Positions 39,651 to 50,700 of a stretch of DNA of 64,000 bases are shown here, in pieces. Origin of the DNA: an uncultured Bacteroidota bacterium (lineage in GTDB: Bacteria > Bacteroidota > Bacteroidia > Bacteroidales > JAAUTT01); the NCBI GenBank assembly GCA_963766305.1, contig CAVYAE010000034.1, positions 202,041 through 266,040 of the forward strand, written 5' to 3'. Position 1 is the stretch's first letter, and every line of letters starts with the position of its first letter. The notes beneath the pieces are model-generated. The model saw nothing but the letters and a program-made list of their open reading frames with translations, did not search any database and had not been told where the DNA came from. Position numbers and translations under genes: made by a program.

Positions 39651-40814
39651 ATGAACAACATAAATATAAGTTGCACCCGGGGGTGTTTTAACAAAACAGG
39701 CGAACTGCCTGATACGGAGCCCAATTCCATGCTGGGCTGCAACAAGCTGGATATATTTAACTGGCTGAAGGAAATTCCTCAAAGTGGTTTTGAATCTGAT
39801 ATAGTTGAAATTCGCTTTAAAAATACCCGTAAAGGTTACTATATAAACGTTAATAAATTGCAACTGCATAAAGGTGATATAGTTGCCGTTGAAGCATCTC
39901 CCGGTCATGATATAGGTATCGTTTCCCTTACAGGTGATTTGGTGCATTATCAAATGAAAAAAGCAGGGATAACTTTAACTGCACACGAAGAGGTAAAGAA
40001 AATATACCGGAAAGCAAAAGCCGTTGATCTGGAAAAATGGTATCAGGCAATTGAAGCCGAAAACGTAACCATGCTGAAAGCAAGAAATATAGCCATACGT
40101 CTGAACCTCGACATGAAAATAGGAGATGTTGAATATCAGGGCGATAAAACTAAAGCCATATTTTATTATATTGCCGATGACAGGGTCGATTTCAGGGAAC
40201 TCATAAAAATCTATGCCGAAGAATTCAAGGTCCGGATAGAAATGAAACAGATTGGAGCCAGGCAGGAAGCGGGACGCATTGGCGGCATCGGCACTTGTGG
40301 CCGTGAATTGTGCTGTACAACATGGCTTACCAATTTTATATCCGTAACTACTAACAGCGCACGATATCAGGAGGTATCACTTAACCCTACCAAACTTGCC
40401 GGGCAGTGCGGAAAACTTAAATGTTGCCTTAATTTTGAATTAAAAACATACATAGATGCCCAGCAAGACTTCCCGGAAATATCTTTACCCCTGGAGATTA
40501 TGGAAGGAACAGCATATCATCAGAAAACAGATATTTTCAGGAGGATAATGTGGTATGCCTTCAGCAAAGATGATGCTGTTAATCATATTCCTGTTGATGT
40601 TGACAGGGTTAAGGAGATCCAGGAACTTAATAAGAATGGTATAAAGGCAAAAAATCTTACTGAAGCAGTGTCAGTGCCCGTTACAAAAAATGTTCTGGAT
40701 TTTGAGAATCCTGTTGGTTCAGACAGTATATCCAGGTTTGAAGAAAACAGAAAAAGTAATAGATACAAAAAAAGAAAAAACAAGAAACCAACAGAAAATG
40801 AAAAAAGTCAATAA
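39651..40814 (+). CDS. PSP1 domain protein (RicT/YaaT-like)
   Basis: Cys-rich N-terminus, PSP1 core (EFKVRIEMKQIGARQEAGRIGGIGTCGRELCC). Confidence 0.85.
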   Translation: MNNINISCTRGCFNKTGELPDTEPNSMLGCNKLDIFNWLKEIPQSGFESDIVEIRFKNTRKGYYINVNKLQLHKGDIVAVEASPGHDIGIVSLTGDLVHYQMKKAGITLTAHEEVKKIYRKAKAVDLEKWYQAIEAENVTMLKARNIAIRLNLDMKIGDVEYQGDKTKAIFYYIADDRVDFRELIKIYAEEFKVRIEMKQIGARQEAGRIGGIGTCGRELCCTTWLTNFISVTTNSARYQEVSLNPTKLAGQCGKLKCCLNFELKTYIDAQQDFPEISLPLEIMEGTAYHQKTDIFRRIMWYAFSKDDAVNHIPVDVDRVKEIQELNKNGIKAKNLTEAVSVPVTKNVLDFENPVGSDSISRFEENRKSNRYKKRKNKKPTENEKSQ

Positions 40815-41280
40815 ACCGTTAATTAATGTCTGTTTTTGTTTGATTATCTCTGGTCTGTTATTAACCGGATGCAGGTTCAACAGCTTATATGAAAACTCGG
40901 AAAATATTCCGCAGTACAAATGGAGTAAAAATGCAAAGATAAATTTTGATGTCCCTGTAAACGACACCATTAACGGCTATAATATCCTGCTTTCACTTCG
41001 CAACGATAATGATTATCCATACAGTAACTGTTATTTAATTCTGAATACAATTTCACCAAAAGGGGTAAAAATAATCGACACACTGGATTTTACCCTTGCC
41101 GATGAACACGGTAAGTGGTTGGGTCATGGTTTTGGAGGAGTATGGAGTACCGAATATTATAAAAAAAATATAAGGTTTCCTGTAAAAGGTATTTACAAAA
41201 TACAAATAGTACAAGCCATGAGGGACGAACCTTTGATTGGAATTATGGATGTGAGCCTGCGTGTCACAAAAGGAAAATAA
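40798..41280 (+). CDS. gldH: gliding motility / T9SS-associated lipoprotein GldH
   Basis: Lipobox LLLTGC after MKKVNKPLINV; DNDYPYSNCYLILNT and GHGFGGVW regions typical of GldH. Start moved from 40690 to 40798; overlaps the PSP1 gene by 17 nt. Confidence 0.75.
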   Translation: MKKVNKPLINVCFCLIISGLLLTGCRFNSLYENSENIPQYKWSKNAKINFDVPVNDTINGYNILLSLRNDNDYPYSNCYLILNTISPKGVKIIDTLDFTLADEHGKWLGHGFGGVWSTEYYKKNIRFPVKGIYKIQIVQAMRDEPLIGIMDVSLRVTKGK

Positions 41281-41384
41281 TGTCAATAATAAAAACCAAT
41301 TTGAAAATGCAAAAACAGATTTTAAAGGTATTGTCAAATTGGTATTTTCTTATTGCCACCGATTAAATATATTTAAGAAAAGTT

Positions 41385-42074
41385 GTGGTAAAAAGGAAAC
41401 TGGAACGTTTTACAGAATTAGGAACTTTCAAAAACGTAATTCAACCGGATATTGAAGAAATATTTAATAAGGACCATTTCATTAAAGGGAACTGGAACGA
41501 AAAAATATTTTTTAATAATAACCCTATTGTTATTGAACTGGGATGCGGGAAAGGCGAATATACAACCGGTATGGCCGAAGCTTGTGCCAATAAAAATTAT
41601 ATAGGTATCGATATTAAAGGCGCCCGAATGTGGAAAGGAGCACATTATGCTCATCAGCTTAACCTTGGTAATGCTGCTTTTTTAAGAATACGTATCGACC
41701 ATATTAATTCATTGTTTGCTGCTGATGAGGTATCTGAAATTTGGATAACCTTCCCTGATCCTTTTGAAAATCCGGGTAGGTCGAAGAAAAGGCTTACTTC
41801 ACCTGTTTTTCTTTCTTTATATCAGAGGTTCCTGATGAATAATGGTTTAATTCATTTAAAAACTGACAACAGGATTCTTTACGATTATACCCTTAACCTT
41901 TGCAGACAGAATAAAATTGAAATTTTATTTAACACTGACGACTTGTACAATTCTGAAATAAATAATGACTGGTTAAAAATTAAAACCTTCTATGAAACCA
42001 GGTTCTTAAATAGCGGAATCCCTATAAAATATTTGTGTTTCAGGTTAAATAAGAATTCAGGAATACATTATTAG
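41385..42074 (+). CDS. trmB: tRNA (guanine-N7)-methyltransferase
   Basis: ELGCGKGEYT SAM motif, ITFPDPF motif; GTG start. Confidence 0.9.
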   Translation: MVKRKLERFTELGTFKNVIQPDIEEIFNKDHFIKGNWNEKIFFNNNPIVIELGCGKGEYTTGMAEACANKNYIGIDIKGARMWKGAHYAHQLNLGNAAFLRIRIDHINSLFAADEVSEIWITFPDPFENPGRSKKRLTSPVFLSLYQRFLMNNGLIHLKTDNRILYDYTLNLCRQNKIEILFNTDDLYNSEINNDWLKIKTFYETRFLNSGIPIKYLCFRLNKNSGIHY

Positions 42075-42136
42075 CAAGCTGAACAATGTTATTCAAAGCA
42101 GGTTTATAACATTACTGATACATAATCTTTAAAAAC

Positions 42137-43243
42137 ATGGAAATAAATATAGAGCAAGTTACAACAGCCCTGGCAAAGGTCACACATCCGGCTGCAGGAA
42201 ACGATATAGTTTCACTCAATATGGTAAGTGATATAATCATAAAAGGACATCAGGTATCTTTTACCCTCACCTTTCAAAAGTCAACCGACCCCTTAATTAC
42301 TTCAATAATAAAAGCATGCAAAATTGCCTTACAGACTCATATAAGTCCTCATATTGAAGTTGGTGAAATTAAAATTAACAGCGTTCAAACAGTTGAACCT
42401 AAGGAAAATTCTCTGTCAAAAGTGAAAAACATCATTGCCGTTGCCTCCGGCAAAGGCGGTGTCGGGAAATCGACGGTTACTGTTAATTTAGCAGTGGCTC
42501 TTCAAAAGCTTGGATATAAAATCGGACTTATAGATGCCGATATATACGGACCATCCATACCTAAAATGTTTCATGTTGAGGATAGTAAACCGGATGTTAT
42601 TGATAAAAATAATATGGACTATATTATTCCTATAGTTAAAAACGGCATCAAGATCTTATCAGTTGGTTTTTTTGTTAAACCAACTGATGCACTGGTATGG
42701 AGGGGCCCAATGGCAACTAATGCATTACGTCAGCTTATACATAATGGCGAATGGGGTGAACTCGATTTTTTAATGATCGATGTACCTCCTGGCACAGGTG
42801 ATGTGCACCTTACCATAGTACAGGAAATGTCCGTTACAGGTGTGGTTATAGTCAGCACACCTCAGCAGGTAGCTCTGGCCGATGCCGTCAAAAGTATGAA
42901 CATGTTCACAGGTGAAAAAATAAAAGTACCTGTACTCGGACTTGTCGAAAATATGGCCTGGTTTACTCCTGCTGAACTACCAAACAATAAGTATTTTATT
43001 TTCGGAAAAGATGGCTGTAAAAAACTGGCCGAATCATCCGGGGTGCCTTTCCTTGGTCAGATCCCTCTTATCCAGGGCATATGTGAGGATGCTGATAATG
43101 GAACACCATCTGCACTGGTTGAAGATACAGCCGCTGGAGAAGTATTCATTCAACTGGCTAAAAATCTTGTTGCAGAAGTCGACAGGAGAAATTCTACCCT
43201 TGATCCGACACGCAGGCTTGAGATAATAAGAGGAAAGAAATGA
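42137..43243 (+). CDS. Mrp/NBP35 (ApbC) iron-sulfur cluster carrier ATPase
   Basis: N-terminal DUF59-like domain, deviant Walker A VASGKGGVGKST, ENM motif. Confidence 0.9.
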   Translation: MEINIEQVTTALAKVTHPAAGNDIVSLNMVSDIIIKGHQVSFTLTFQKSTDPLITSIIKACKIALQTHISPHIEVGEIKINSVQTVEPKENSLSKVKNIIAVASGKGGVGKSTVTVNLAVALQKLGYKIGLIDADIYGPSIPKMFHVEDSKPDVIDKNNMDYIIPIVKNGIKILSVGFFVKPTDALVWRGPMATNALRQLIHNGEWGELDFLMIDVPPGTGDVHLTIVQEMSVTGVVIVSTPQQVALADAVKSMNMFTGEKIKVPVLGLVENMAWFTPAELPNNKYFIFGKDGCKKLAESSGVPFLGQIPLIQGICEDADNGTPSALVEDTAAGEVFIQLAKNLVAEVDRRNSTLDPTRRLEIIRGKK

Positions 43244-43329
43244 AAAACATATAAACAAATAAACATTTTCTATAATTGTAAAATATAAACTCTTATTTCA
43301 AGTTATCAATAAAATAACCTTAATAATTT

Positions 43330-46023
43330 GTGAACCGGTATTTTAAAATATTTTCGGGTTTTCTCTGGTTTATAGTACTATTTTTAGTTTCATGTTCAAA
43401 TCAGAAGAATACTCCCACAACCAGGGCTTATCACAATCTCACTGCGCATTACAATGTCTTGTTCAATGGCAGCGAGAGTTTTAGGAAAGGCTTAAAAAGA
43501 ATTGATGCTACATTTAAAGATGATTATTCTAAGATTTTACCTGTTTTTACATATGAAGATGATGCCATAGCCAAATCTATTTCTCCCGAAATGACTGTTG
43601 CTATAAATAAAGGAGGCAAACTTATTTTCCTGCACTCCATAAAAGCTAAGCCTAAAATGAAAAAAGGCCATCTCACCCCCAAAGAAAAAGCATTTTACGA
43701 TAAAAACGAATATAACAAGTGGGTGGATGTTGCTTATATGATGATGGCAAAGGCTAATTTTTACAAACATTTTTACAAGCCTTCTGCTGAAATATTAAAT
43801 TTTGTAGAAAGGGAATTTGAAAAAATGCCCGCCCAGTATGAGGCCATGATATGGAGGGCCCGCATAAGTACTGAATATAAGGATTATGGTGATGCTTCGC
43901 GCATTTTAACCTTGCTGGAAAGTGAAAAGGAATTTCCGGAAAATTTAAAATTCGATTTATACATTACAAAAGCAGACGTTGCTCTTAAACAAAACCAGTA
44001 CGATGCAGCTATCACACCTTTAAAAAAGGCATTGCAGCTCGTCAGATCAAGAAATTTAAAACTGCGGTACTCATATATTTTAGCACAGGTTTATCAGAAA
44101 ACAGGCGACTTCAAAAATGCTTCTGCCTTGTACAAATATATAATTAAAAAGAATCCTCCCTATGAAATGAGTTTTAATGCCAGGATTAACCTTGCTGCTA
44201 CTATTGATTACAGTGAAAAGAATATAGCATATATTAAAGCTCAGCTTAAGAAAATGCTCAGGGATAAAAAAAATACCGATTTTGAGGATCAGATTTATTT
44301 TGCCATGGGTAATATGGAAATGAAGGAAAATAATGAAGCCATGGCAATAGTTTATTACCGTAAATCAGTATCTGTGAGTAAAACAAATATAAATCAAAAA
44401 GGGTTATCGTGTCTTACTCTTGCTGATCTTTACTATGCAAAGAAAAATTATATACCTTCCCAGGCATATTATGATACCGCACTGCATTGCATAAATGAAA
44501 AATACCCCGATTATAAAAGTATCAAGTCCAGGGCCGATTGCCTGGTACATCTTGTATTAAATCTGAATACCATTGCTCTTCAGGATAGCCTTCAGCATTT
44601 AGCATCGCTGAGTGAAGATGAGCGACTTAGAATCATTGACGGTATTATAAGCGACCTTAAGAAAAAGGAAGCTGAAGAACAACTGGCAGAAAGCCTGCGA
44701 TTGCAGGAATATTATAATAGCCAAAATTCAAACAATGGTAACCCCGACCAAAACGCGCAGGCTAAATGGTATTTTTATAATCCGGTATCTATAGCACAGG
44801 GAGTGAAAGATTTTCAGCTAAGATGGGGTAAAAGGCAGCTTGAAGACGACTGGAGACGTAAAAACAAGGGATTTGTTGATGTAGCAGCGGATACATCAAA
44901 CACCGAAGCAGAAGGCGGAAACCAGGCTACGGATAAGAAAAAAGTTGAGGACAATAAAACCAGAAATTATTATACTCAAAACATACCTGTTAACGATTCA
45001 ATGATGCAGGCATCTACAAAAAAAATAATTGATGCATATTTTAATGCCGGGCTGGTTTACCGTAATGAACTGAACGATAATACGCAGGGAGTGCTGATTT
45101 ATGAAAAAATGCTTGACAGGTTTCCTGATTGTACATACAAACTCGCAGTTTATTATCAGCAATACATAATGTATACCGATTTGAATAATGGTGAAAAAGC
45201 TGCTTATTATAAAAACCTGTTGCTGACAAAGTACCCTGACTGCGTGTTCAGCAGAATTCTTACCGACCCTGAATACTATAAACAAATCATGGAAAACGAT
45301 CATTCGTGCGACAATTACTATGAATTAACATATAATCTGTATAACAGTGGTAACTATTCCAAGGTAATAGAAAATGCAGACAGCGCATTTATTAAATTTA
45401 AAAACAATCCTATTCTTCCAAAATTTGCATTTCTAAAAACGCTGGCTATTGGCAAGTCAGCTGATATAATGACTTTCCGGGAGGAACTGAATAAACTTGC
45501 AGCACAATATCCTAAGGATGATGTTGGTACCAGAGCCAAAGACATAATCACATATCTCGATAACTATAAACCGGAAACCAAGCAAAAAGAAGATATTAAA
45601 ATTGCAGAGGCAACATTTACCGTTACAGACAAATCAACTTATTATTTTGCTTTGGTTGTAGAAAAAAATGAAGATATAAACCAAATTGCCTTTGACGTAA
45701 TAAATTTTAACCTGGATAATTTTACAAATGATCATCTGGAAGTTACAAACGAAGTACAGGGTAAAAAATATAAAATCATCCTTGTAAAATCATTTCCTGA
45801 TCAATCCAAAGGCCTTACATATTACAATACCTTCATCTCTACCCCGGCTGTTCTTACAAATGTTAAAAGTCAGAACCGTACCATGTTTATTATATCACCC
45901 GACAATATGGAATTGTTACGGAAGCAGGATGCTTCCGATGGTTATTATGAATTCTTTACAAGGCATATTTTGAAGTCTGCAGACGACAGCGTTGATTCTG
46001 CAGCGATAAGTAACCATAAATGA
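43330..46023 (+). CDS. porW: TPR lipoprotein, PorW/SprE-like T9SS component
   Basis: Lipobox LVSCSNQKN followed by TRAYHNLTAHYNVLFNG (SprE-like N-terminus), multiple TPRs, about 900 aa, directly upstream of porX; GTG start. Confidence 0.65.
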   Translation: MNRYFKIFSGFLWFIVLFLVSCSNQKNTPTTRAYHNLTAHYNVLFNGSESFRKGLKRIDATFKDDYSKILPVFTYEDDAIAKSISPEMTVAINKGGKLIFLHSIKAKPKMKKGHLTPKEKAFYDKNEYNKWVDVAYMMMAKANFYKHFYKPSAEILNFVEREFEKMPAQYEAMIWRARISTEYKDYGDASRILTLLESEKEFPENLKFDLYITKADVALKQNQYDAAITPLKKALQLVRSRNLKLRYSYILAQVYQKTGDFKNASALYKYIIKKNPPYEMSFNARINLAATIDYSEKNIAYIKAQLKKMLRDKKNTDFEDQIYFAMGNMEMKENNEAMAIVYYRKSVSVSKTNINQKGLSCLTLADLYYAKKNYIPSQAYYDTALHCINEKYPDYKSIKSRADCLVHLVLNLNTIALQDSLQHLASLSEDERLRIIDGIISDLKKKEAEEQLAESLRLQEYYNSQNSNNGNPDQNAQAKWYFYNPVSIAQGVKDFQLRWGKRQLEDDWRRKNKGFVDVAADTSNTEAEGGNQATDKKKVEDNKTRNYYTQNIPVNDSMMQASTKKIIDAYFNAGLVYRNELNDNTQGVLIYEKMLDRFPDCTYKLAVYYQQYIMYTDLNNGEKAAYYKNLLLTKYPDCVFSRILTDPEYYKQIMENDHSCDNYYELTYNLYNSGNYSKVIENADSAFIKFKNNPILPKFAFLKTLAIGKSADIMTFREELNKLAAQYPKDDVGTRAKDIITYLDNYKPETKQKEDIKIAEATFTVTDKSTYYFALVVEKNEDINQIAFDVINFNLDNFTNDHLEVTNEVQGKKYKIILVKSFPDQSKGLTYYNTFISTPAVLTNVKSQNRTMFIISPDNMELLRKQDASDGYYEFFTRHILKSADDSVDSAAISNHK

Positions 46024-46070
46024 ACCCCGGCTGTCCTGGTTCGTGAGTTTAATTATTAATAATTATAATC

Positions 46071-47624
46071 ATGAAAAGTATTTCAGTATTATGGGTTGAT
46101 GATGAGATTGATCTTCTAAAACCTCATATTTTATTGCTACAGGAAAGGGGATACCAGGTTACTACCTGCAATAACGGTACTGATGCGTTAAAAGCCATAG
46201 CCAGGGATGACTTTGACATTATTCTTCTTGACGAACATATGGCTGGCTTAAGCGGACTTGAAACTCTTAACAAATTAAAAACCATTACGCCAAACACTCC
46301 GGTAGTAATGATAACAAAAAATGAAGAAGAGAACCTTATGGAAGACGCTATAGGCTCAAAAATAACCGATTACCTTATTAAGCCTGTAAACCCAAAACAG
46401 ATACTCTCTTCTATAAAGAAAAATACCGAACAGAAAAAATTAATATCCTTAAAGACCTCCACTGTTTATCAATCTGAGTTTTTAAATATCAGTAATTTAA
46501 TAAATTATGCCAGTTCGTATAATGATTGGGTTGATCTTTATAAGATATTGGTTTATTGGGAAATTGAACTTGAAAAATTAAACGATCCGGGTATGTTTTC
46601 CATCCTGCAGTCGCAGCACAGTGAAGCAAACCTTAAATTTTCAAAATTTATAAAACATTCCTACCTGAGCTGGGTTGATGGAAAAGCCGAAAAACCCTTA
46701 ATGTCTCAGAATCTGATTAAAGAAAATGTTGTACCATACATAAAAACAGGAGAAAAAGTTTTTCTTATTATAATTGATAATCTTAGGTACGACCAGTGGA
46801 AAGTACTTAGCCCGGTGCTTAATGAATTCTTCAGAACAGAAAGGGAAGAATTGTATTGCTCTATCCTTCCGACAGTAACACAATATGCCCGTAATTCATT
46901 GTTTGCCGGTTTAATGCCTTTATCCATACGCAAGATTTACCCTAACCTGTGGGACGATAATGATGAAGATGAGATGAACAATCAGTATGAAGAAGACCTG
47001 CTAAGGCTGCAGCTTTCCCGTTTAGGTATGAAATGCCGTTTTGCCTATGAAAAAATAAGTAACCATAAAACGGGTAATAAAGTTCTTGAAAATATTAAGA
47101 ATTACTTTAACTACGATTTTTCTGCCTTTGTATACAACTTTGTGGATATTTTATCCCATGCCCGCACCAGCACCGAGACCATACGTGAATTATCCACCGA
47201 TGAAGCTGCATACAGAACCCTCACCCTGTCGTGGTTTCAGCATTCTTATCTTTTCGAGCTGTTAAAAGTACTTGCCCAGGAATCCTGTAAGGTTATTATC
47301 ACCACTGATCATGGATCCACAAAAGTAAGCAACCCGATTAAGGTAGTGGGCGACAGGGATACATCAGTAAACCTCAGGTATAAACAAGGGAAAAATCTTA
47401 AGTATAACCCAAAAGAGGTATTTGAAATAAAAAATCCCGAAACCGGACAGCTTCCCCGTTTTAATATAAGTACAACGTATATATTTTCAACAGGGGATGA
47501 CTTTATGGCTTATCCCAATAATTACAACCATTATGCCAGTTATTACAAGAACACCTTCCAGCATGGAGGCATTTCTCTCGAAGAAATGCTTATTCCTTTT
47601 ATAGTTCTCAATCCTTTAAACTAA
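46071..47624 (+). CDS. porX: PorX-like T9SS response regulator (REC + PglZ/alkaline-phosphatase-superfamily domain)
   Basis: VLWVDDEIDLL...DIILLDEHMAGLSG receiver; IIIDNLRYDQW and DHGS PglZ motifs; 517 aa. Confidence 0.8.
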   Translation: MKSISVLWVDDEIDLLKPHILLLQERGYQVTTCNNGTDALKAIARDDFDIILLDEHMAGLSGLETLNKLKTITPNTPVVMITKNEEENLMEDAIGSKITDYLIKPVNPKQILSSIKKNTEQKKLISLKTSTVYQSEFLNISNLINYASSYNDWVDLYKILVYWEIELEKLNDPGMFSILQSQHSEANLKFSKFIKHSYLSWVDGKAEKPLMSQNLIKENVVPYIKTGEKVFLIIIDNLRYDQWKVLSPVLNEFFRTEREELYCSILPTVTQYARNSLFAGLMPLSIRKIYPNLWDDNDEDEMNNQYEEDLLRLQLSRLGMKCRFAYEKISNHKTGNKVLENIKNYFNYDFSAFVYNFVDILSHARTSTETIRELSTDEAAYRTLTLSWFQHSYLFELLKVLAQESCKVIITTDHGSTKVSNPIKVVGDRDTSVNLRYKQGKNLKYNPKEVFEIKNPETGQLPRFNISTTYIFSTGDDFMAYPNNYNHYASYYKNTFQHGGISLEEMLIPFIVLNPLN

Positions 47625-47719
47625 CTCCTGCCTTCCTAATATGTTTATCCTTAGATAGGTTAATTTGTTTATTCTGAATTCATTAAAGACTATAATTGAA
47701 TTCTTAAATTCAAAGAATA

Positions 47720-50700
47720 TTAAAGTTTCAGAATTTTTCTTATCACCATACCTTTATCCGGGGTATATATTTTAATGAAATAAATACCCGCAGAAAAATT
47801 GCCCATATCAATTGCGGTTACACCATCAGTTAAATCTGACGAGTAAACTTCTTCTCCGTCAGCTTTATATATCAATATTTCAGTATTATCGGGAGTAAAT
47901 GGAAGATACACATTCAATAATTTAGTAACCGGTACCGGATATAATTTAACATCCTGATTATCTATAGTTAAGACATTTGTTTTTGGATTGGCCTCCTGTA
48001 TTACAATTATTGTTTGCGGATCTGCACCGGTGGCTGAAACAACCAGGGTATCGGTTCTTGGCTGTCCAAGAGGATTGGATGATGCTGTTAAAATAATATC
48101 AGCAGTATCGGAACCATAATTTACATCAGGGGTGACCCAGTTTTGCTTTTCATTTATGGTCCAGCTGACATTTGACCATATAGTAAATGTTGCCTTACTA
48201 TTTGAAATATCAGGTACATTTAATGTATTAGCTGACACAGATAAAGTGGCAGCTAATACTTTCATAACAATGGAATTGCTTATAACAGTATCGTTGTCAA
48301 AAATTGCCCTGCATGAAATACTATCTCCGTTTAGAGGAACATAACTTAAAATTGTGCTGTCTAAACCAACTTTTTTACCATTCACCAACCATTGCAATAT
48401 TACAGGCTGACCTGGTGAAACTTTTTCTGCTTTAATAGTAATTGATGATCCCGGATAAACAGTGTCAGAATTTGCAGTAATCTGAACAATAGGTAAAATA
48501 TTAAATTTGTTCCATGGAGGAGTTGCTTTATATAGGCTTATCGAATTATATGGCACATATAAGTTTTTAATAGCATCCTCGTAGAAAGCAGAACTATCAA
48601 TATTTCCTGTCAAGGGCGTAGGGTTTAGATCAACAATTGAATTAAATTCTGAACTAAAAAAAGCATAATCTCCAATATAAGTAATCGAAGAAGGAATTGT
48701 TAATGATCCTGTAAATTCACAACCATAAAAAGCATCTTGGTCTATACTTGTAACCGAAGAGGGAATAATTAATGGCCCTGTTAAACCTGGACAATCAAAA
48801 AATGCCCCACCCCCAATATGAGTAACTGAAGAAGGAATGGTTAAGGTACCTGTAAATCCAGAATTTGCAAAAGTCTCAGGTTCAATATAAGTAATCGAAG
48901 AAGGAATGGTTAAGGAACCTGTAAATCCCCAACAATCTGTAAACGCCCCATCTCCAATATAAGTAACTGAAGAAGGGATAATTAATGATCCTGTTAATCC
49001 GGAACAATTTGAAAAAGCATAATCTCCAATTGAATTAACATTTGTTGGGTAGGTTATGGATGTCAAGGATGTTTTGGGTATTTCTGTATGTTGATTGTAA
49101 AACGCATATTGAGGAATTGCATTTGCAGGATAAGTATCCATATTTGCATCCTGAGTCCCATATTTCCCTGTATATGCAGTAATTGTAGCACCTTTTAAAT
49201 TAATAACAGTTAAAGATGGCATACTGTCGCGCATTGTTTTAAAGTCGCGTGCATCAATAGTTCCCGTAACCGTCAGATTGCTGGTTGTACTTAAACAGGA
49301 GTGTATTAATGTATTCAATGTTCCAGGAGTAGCAACCGTAATACTCATGTTATTACTACATGTAAAACCAGAAAAATTTATCACAATTGCATTGCTAGGA
49401 ACAACATATCCGTTAATAGTCACATTACAAGTAATTATATCGCCATTTTCAGGCTTATAACCGATTAAGGAGTCTCCTGTACCTGTAGGGTTACCGTTTA
49501 CCTGCCATTGTAATGGCAAAGATTTACCAATTAAACCTGTATCAGCTGAAAAAGTAACGAAATTGCCCGTATGCAGCGTATCTGTACTACAGTAAATTTG
49601 AATAACAGGTAAAATATTAATACTACTCCACCAGGGTAATGCTTTATATGCCATGACCGAGCCATATGGCACATATAAGTTTGGGATATTACCAGCGAAT
49701 AAAAAGACACTTTCGCCCATAGCACTTTCACTCAGGGGCACCGGATTTAATGCAATAATTGATCTTAAGTTATTACAAAAAGAAAAAGCTCTGCTCCCTA
49801 TAGACGTAACTGAAGGAGGTATGGTTAAAGTACCTGTGAATCCGTAACATCCATTAAAGGCATAATCCCCTATAGAAGTAACAGAAGAAGGAATGGATAA
49901 TGGTCCTGTAAATCGACCACAAGCCATAAAAGCATAATTTCCAATATTAGTAACTGAAGATGGTATGTTTAATAATCCTGTAAAACTACAACCATTAAAA
50001 GCCCAACTTCCAATAATAGAAACCGAAGAACCAATTGTCAAGGTACCTGTAAAACCACAACCGCCAAAAGCATCATTGCCAATATAAGTAACTGAAGAAC
50101 CAATGTATAGGGAATCTTTAAATCCGGAACATCCAATAAAACTATAATCTCCAAGATAAGTGATAGTAGAAGGAATAGTTAATGAACCTGTTAATCCCGA
50201 GCAACCGGAAAATGCATAATCTCCAACAGATTCAACATTGGAAGGAATAGAATATGTCCCTGTCTTTCCTTGAGGACATTCAATAATTGTTGTTTTATTT
50301 TTATTAAATATCACTCCATTGATACTACTATAAAAAGGATTAGACTCTTCAACAATAAAATCAGTTAATCCTGGTGATGTAAAAGCTTCATTTCCAATGT
50401 ATGTAACCGAAGACGGGATGGTTAAAGAGCCTGTAAATCCACAACCACGAAAAGCTTCGTCTCCAATATAAGTAACTGAAGTACCTATAGTTAAAGAATC
50501 TTTACATCCGGAACATCCATTAAAACTATAACCTCCAATATGAGTAACAGAAGAAGGAATGGTTAATGAACCTGTTAATCCCGAGCAACCGGAAAATGCA
50601 AACTCACCAATAGAATCAATCGAAGAAGAAAGGTTTAAGGAACCGGTTAAACCATTCAAACCAGCAAAAGCATAATTTCCAATGAATGAAATATTAACAG

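Noticed and set aside
40690-40797. N-terminal 36-codon extension of the gldH ORF
   Set aside because: This extension lies inside the PSP1 gene in another frame. A lipoprotein signal peptide with a lipobox starts at the Met at 40798.
41261-41455. 64-aa ORF between gldH and trmB
   Set aside because: It overlaps the trmB start, is Lys/Asn-rich, and has no recognisable motif.
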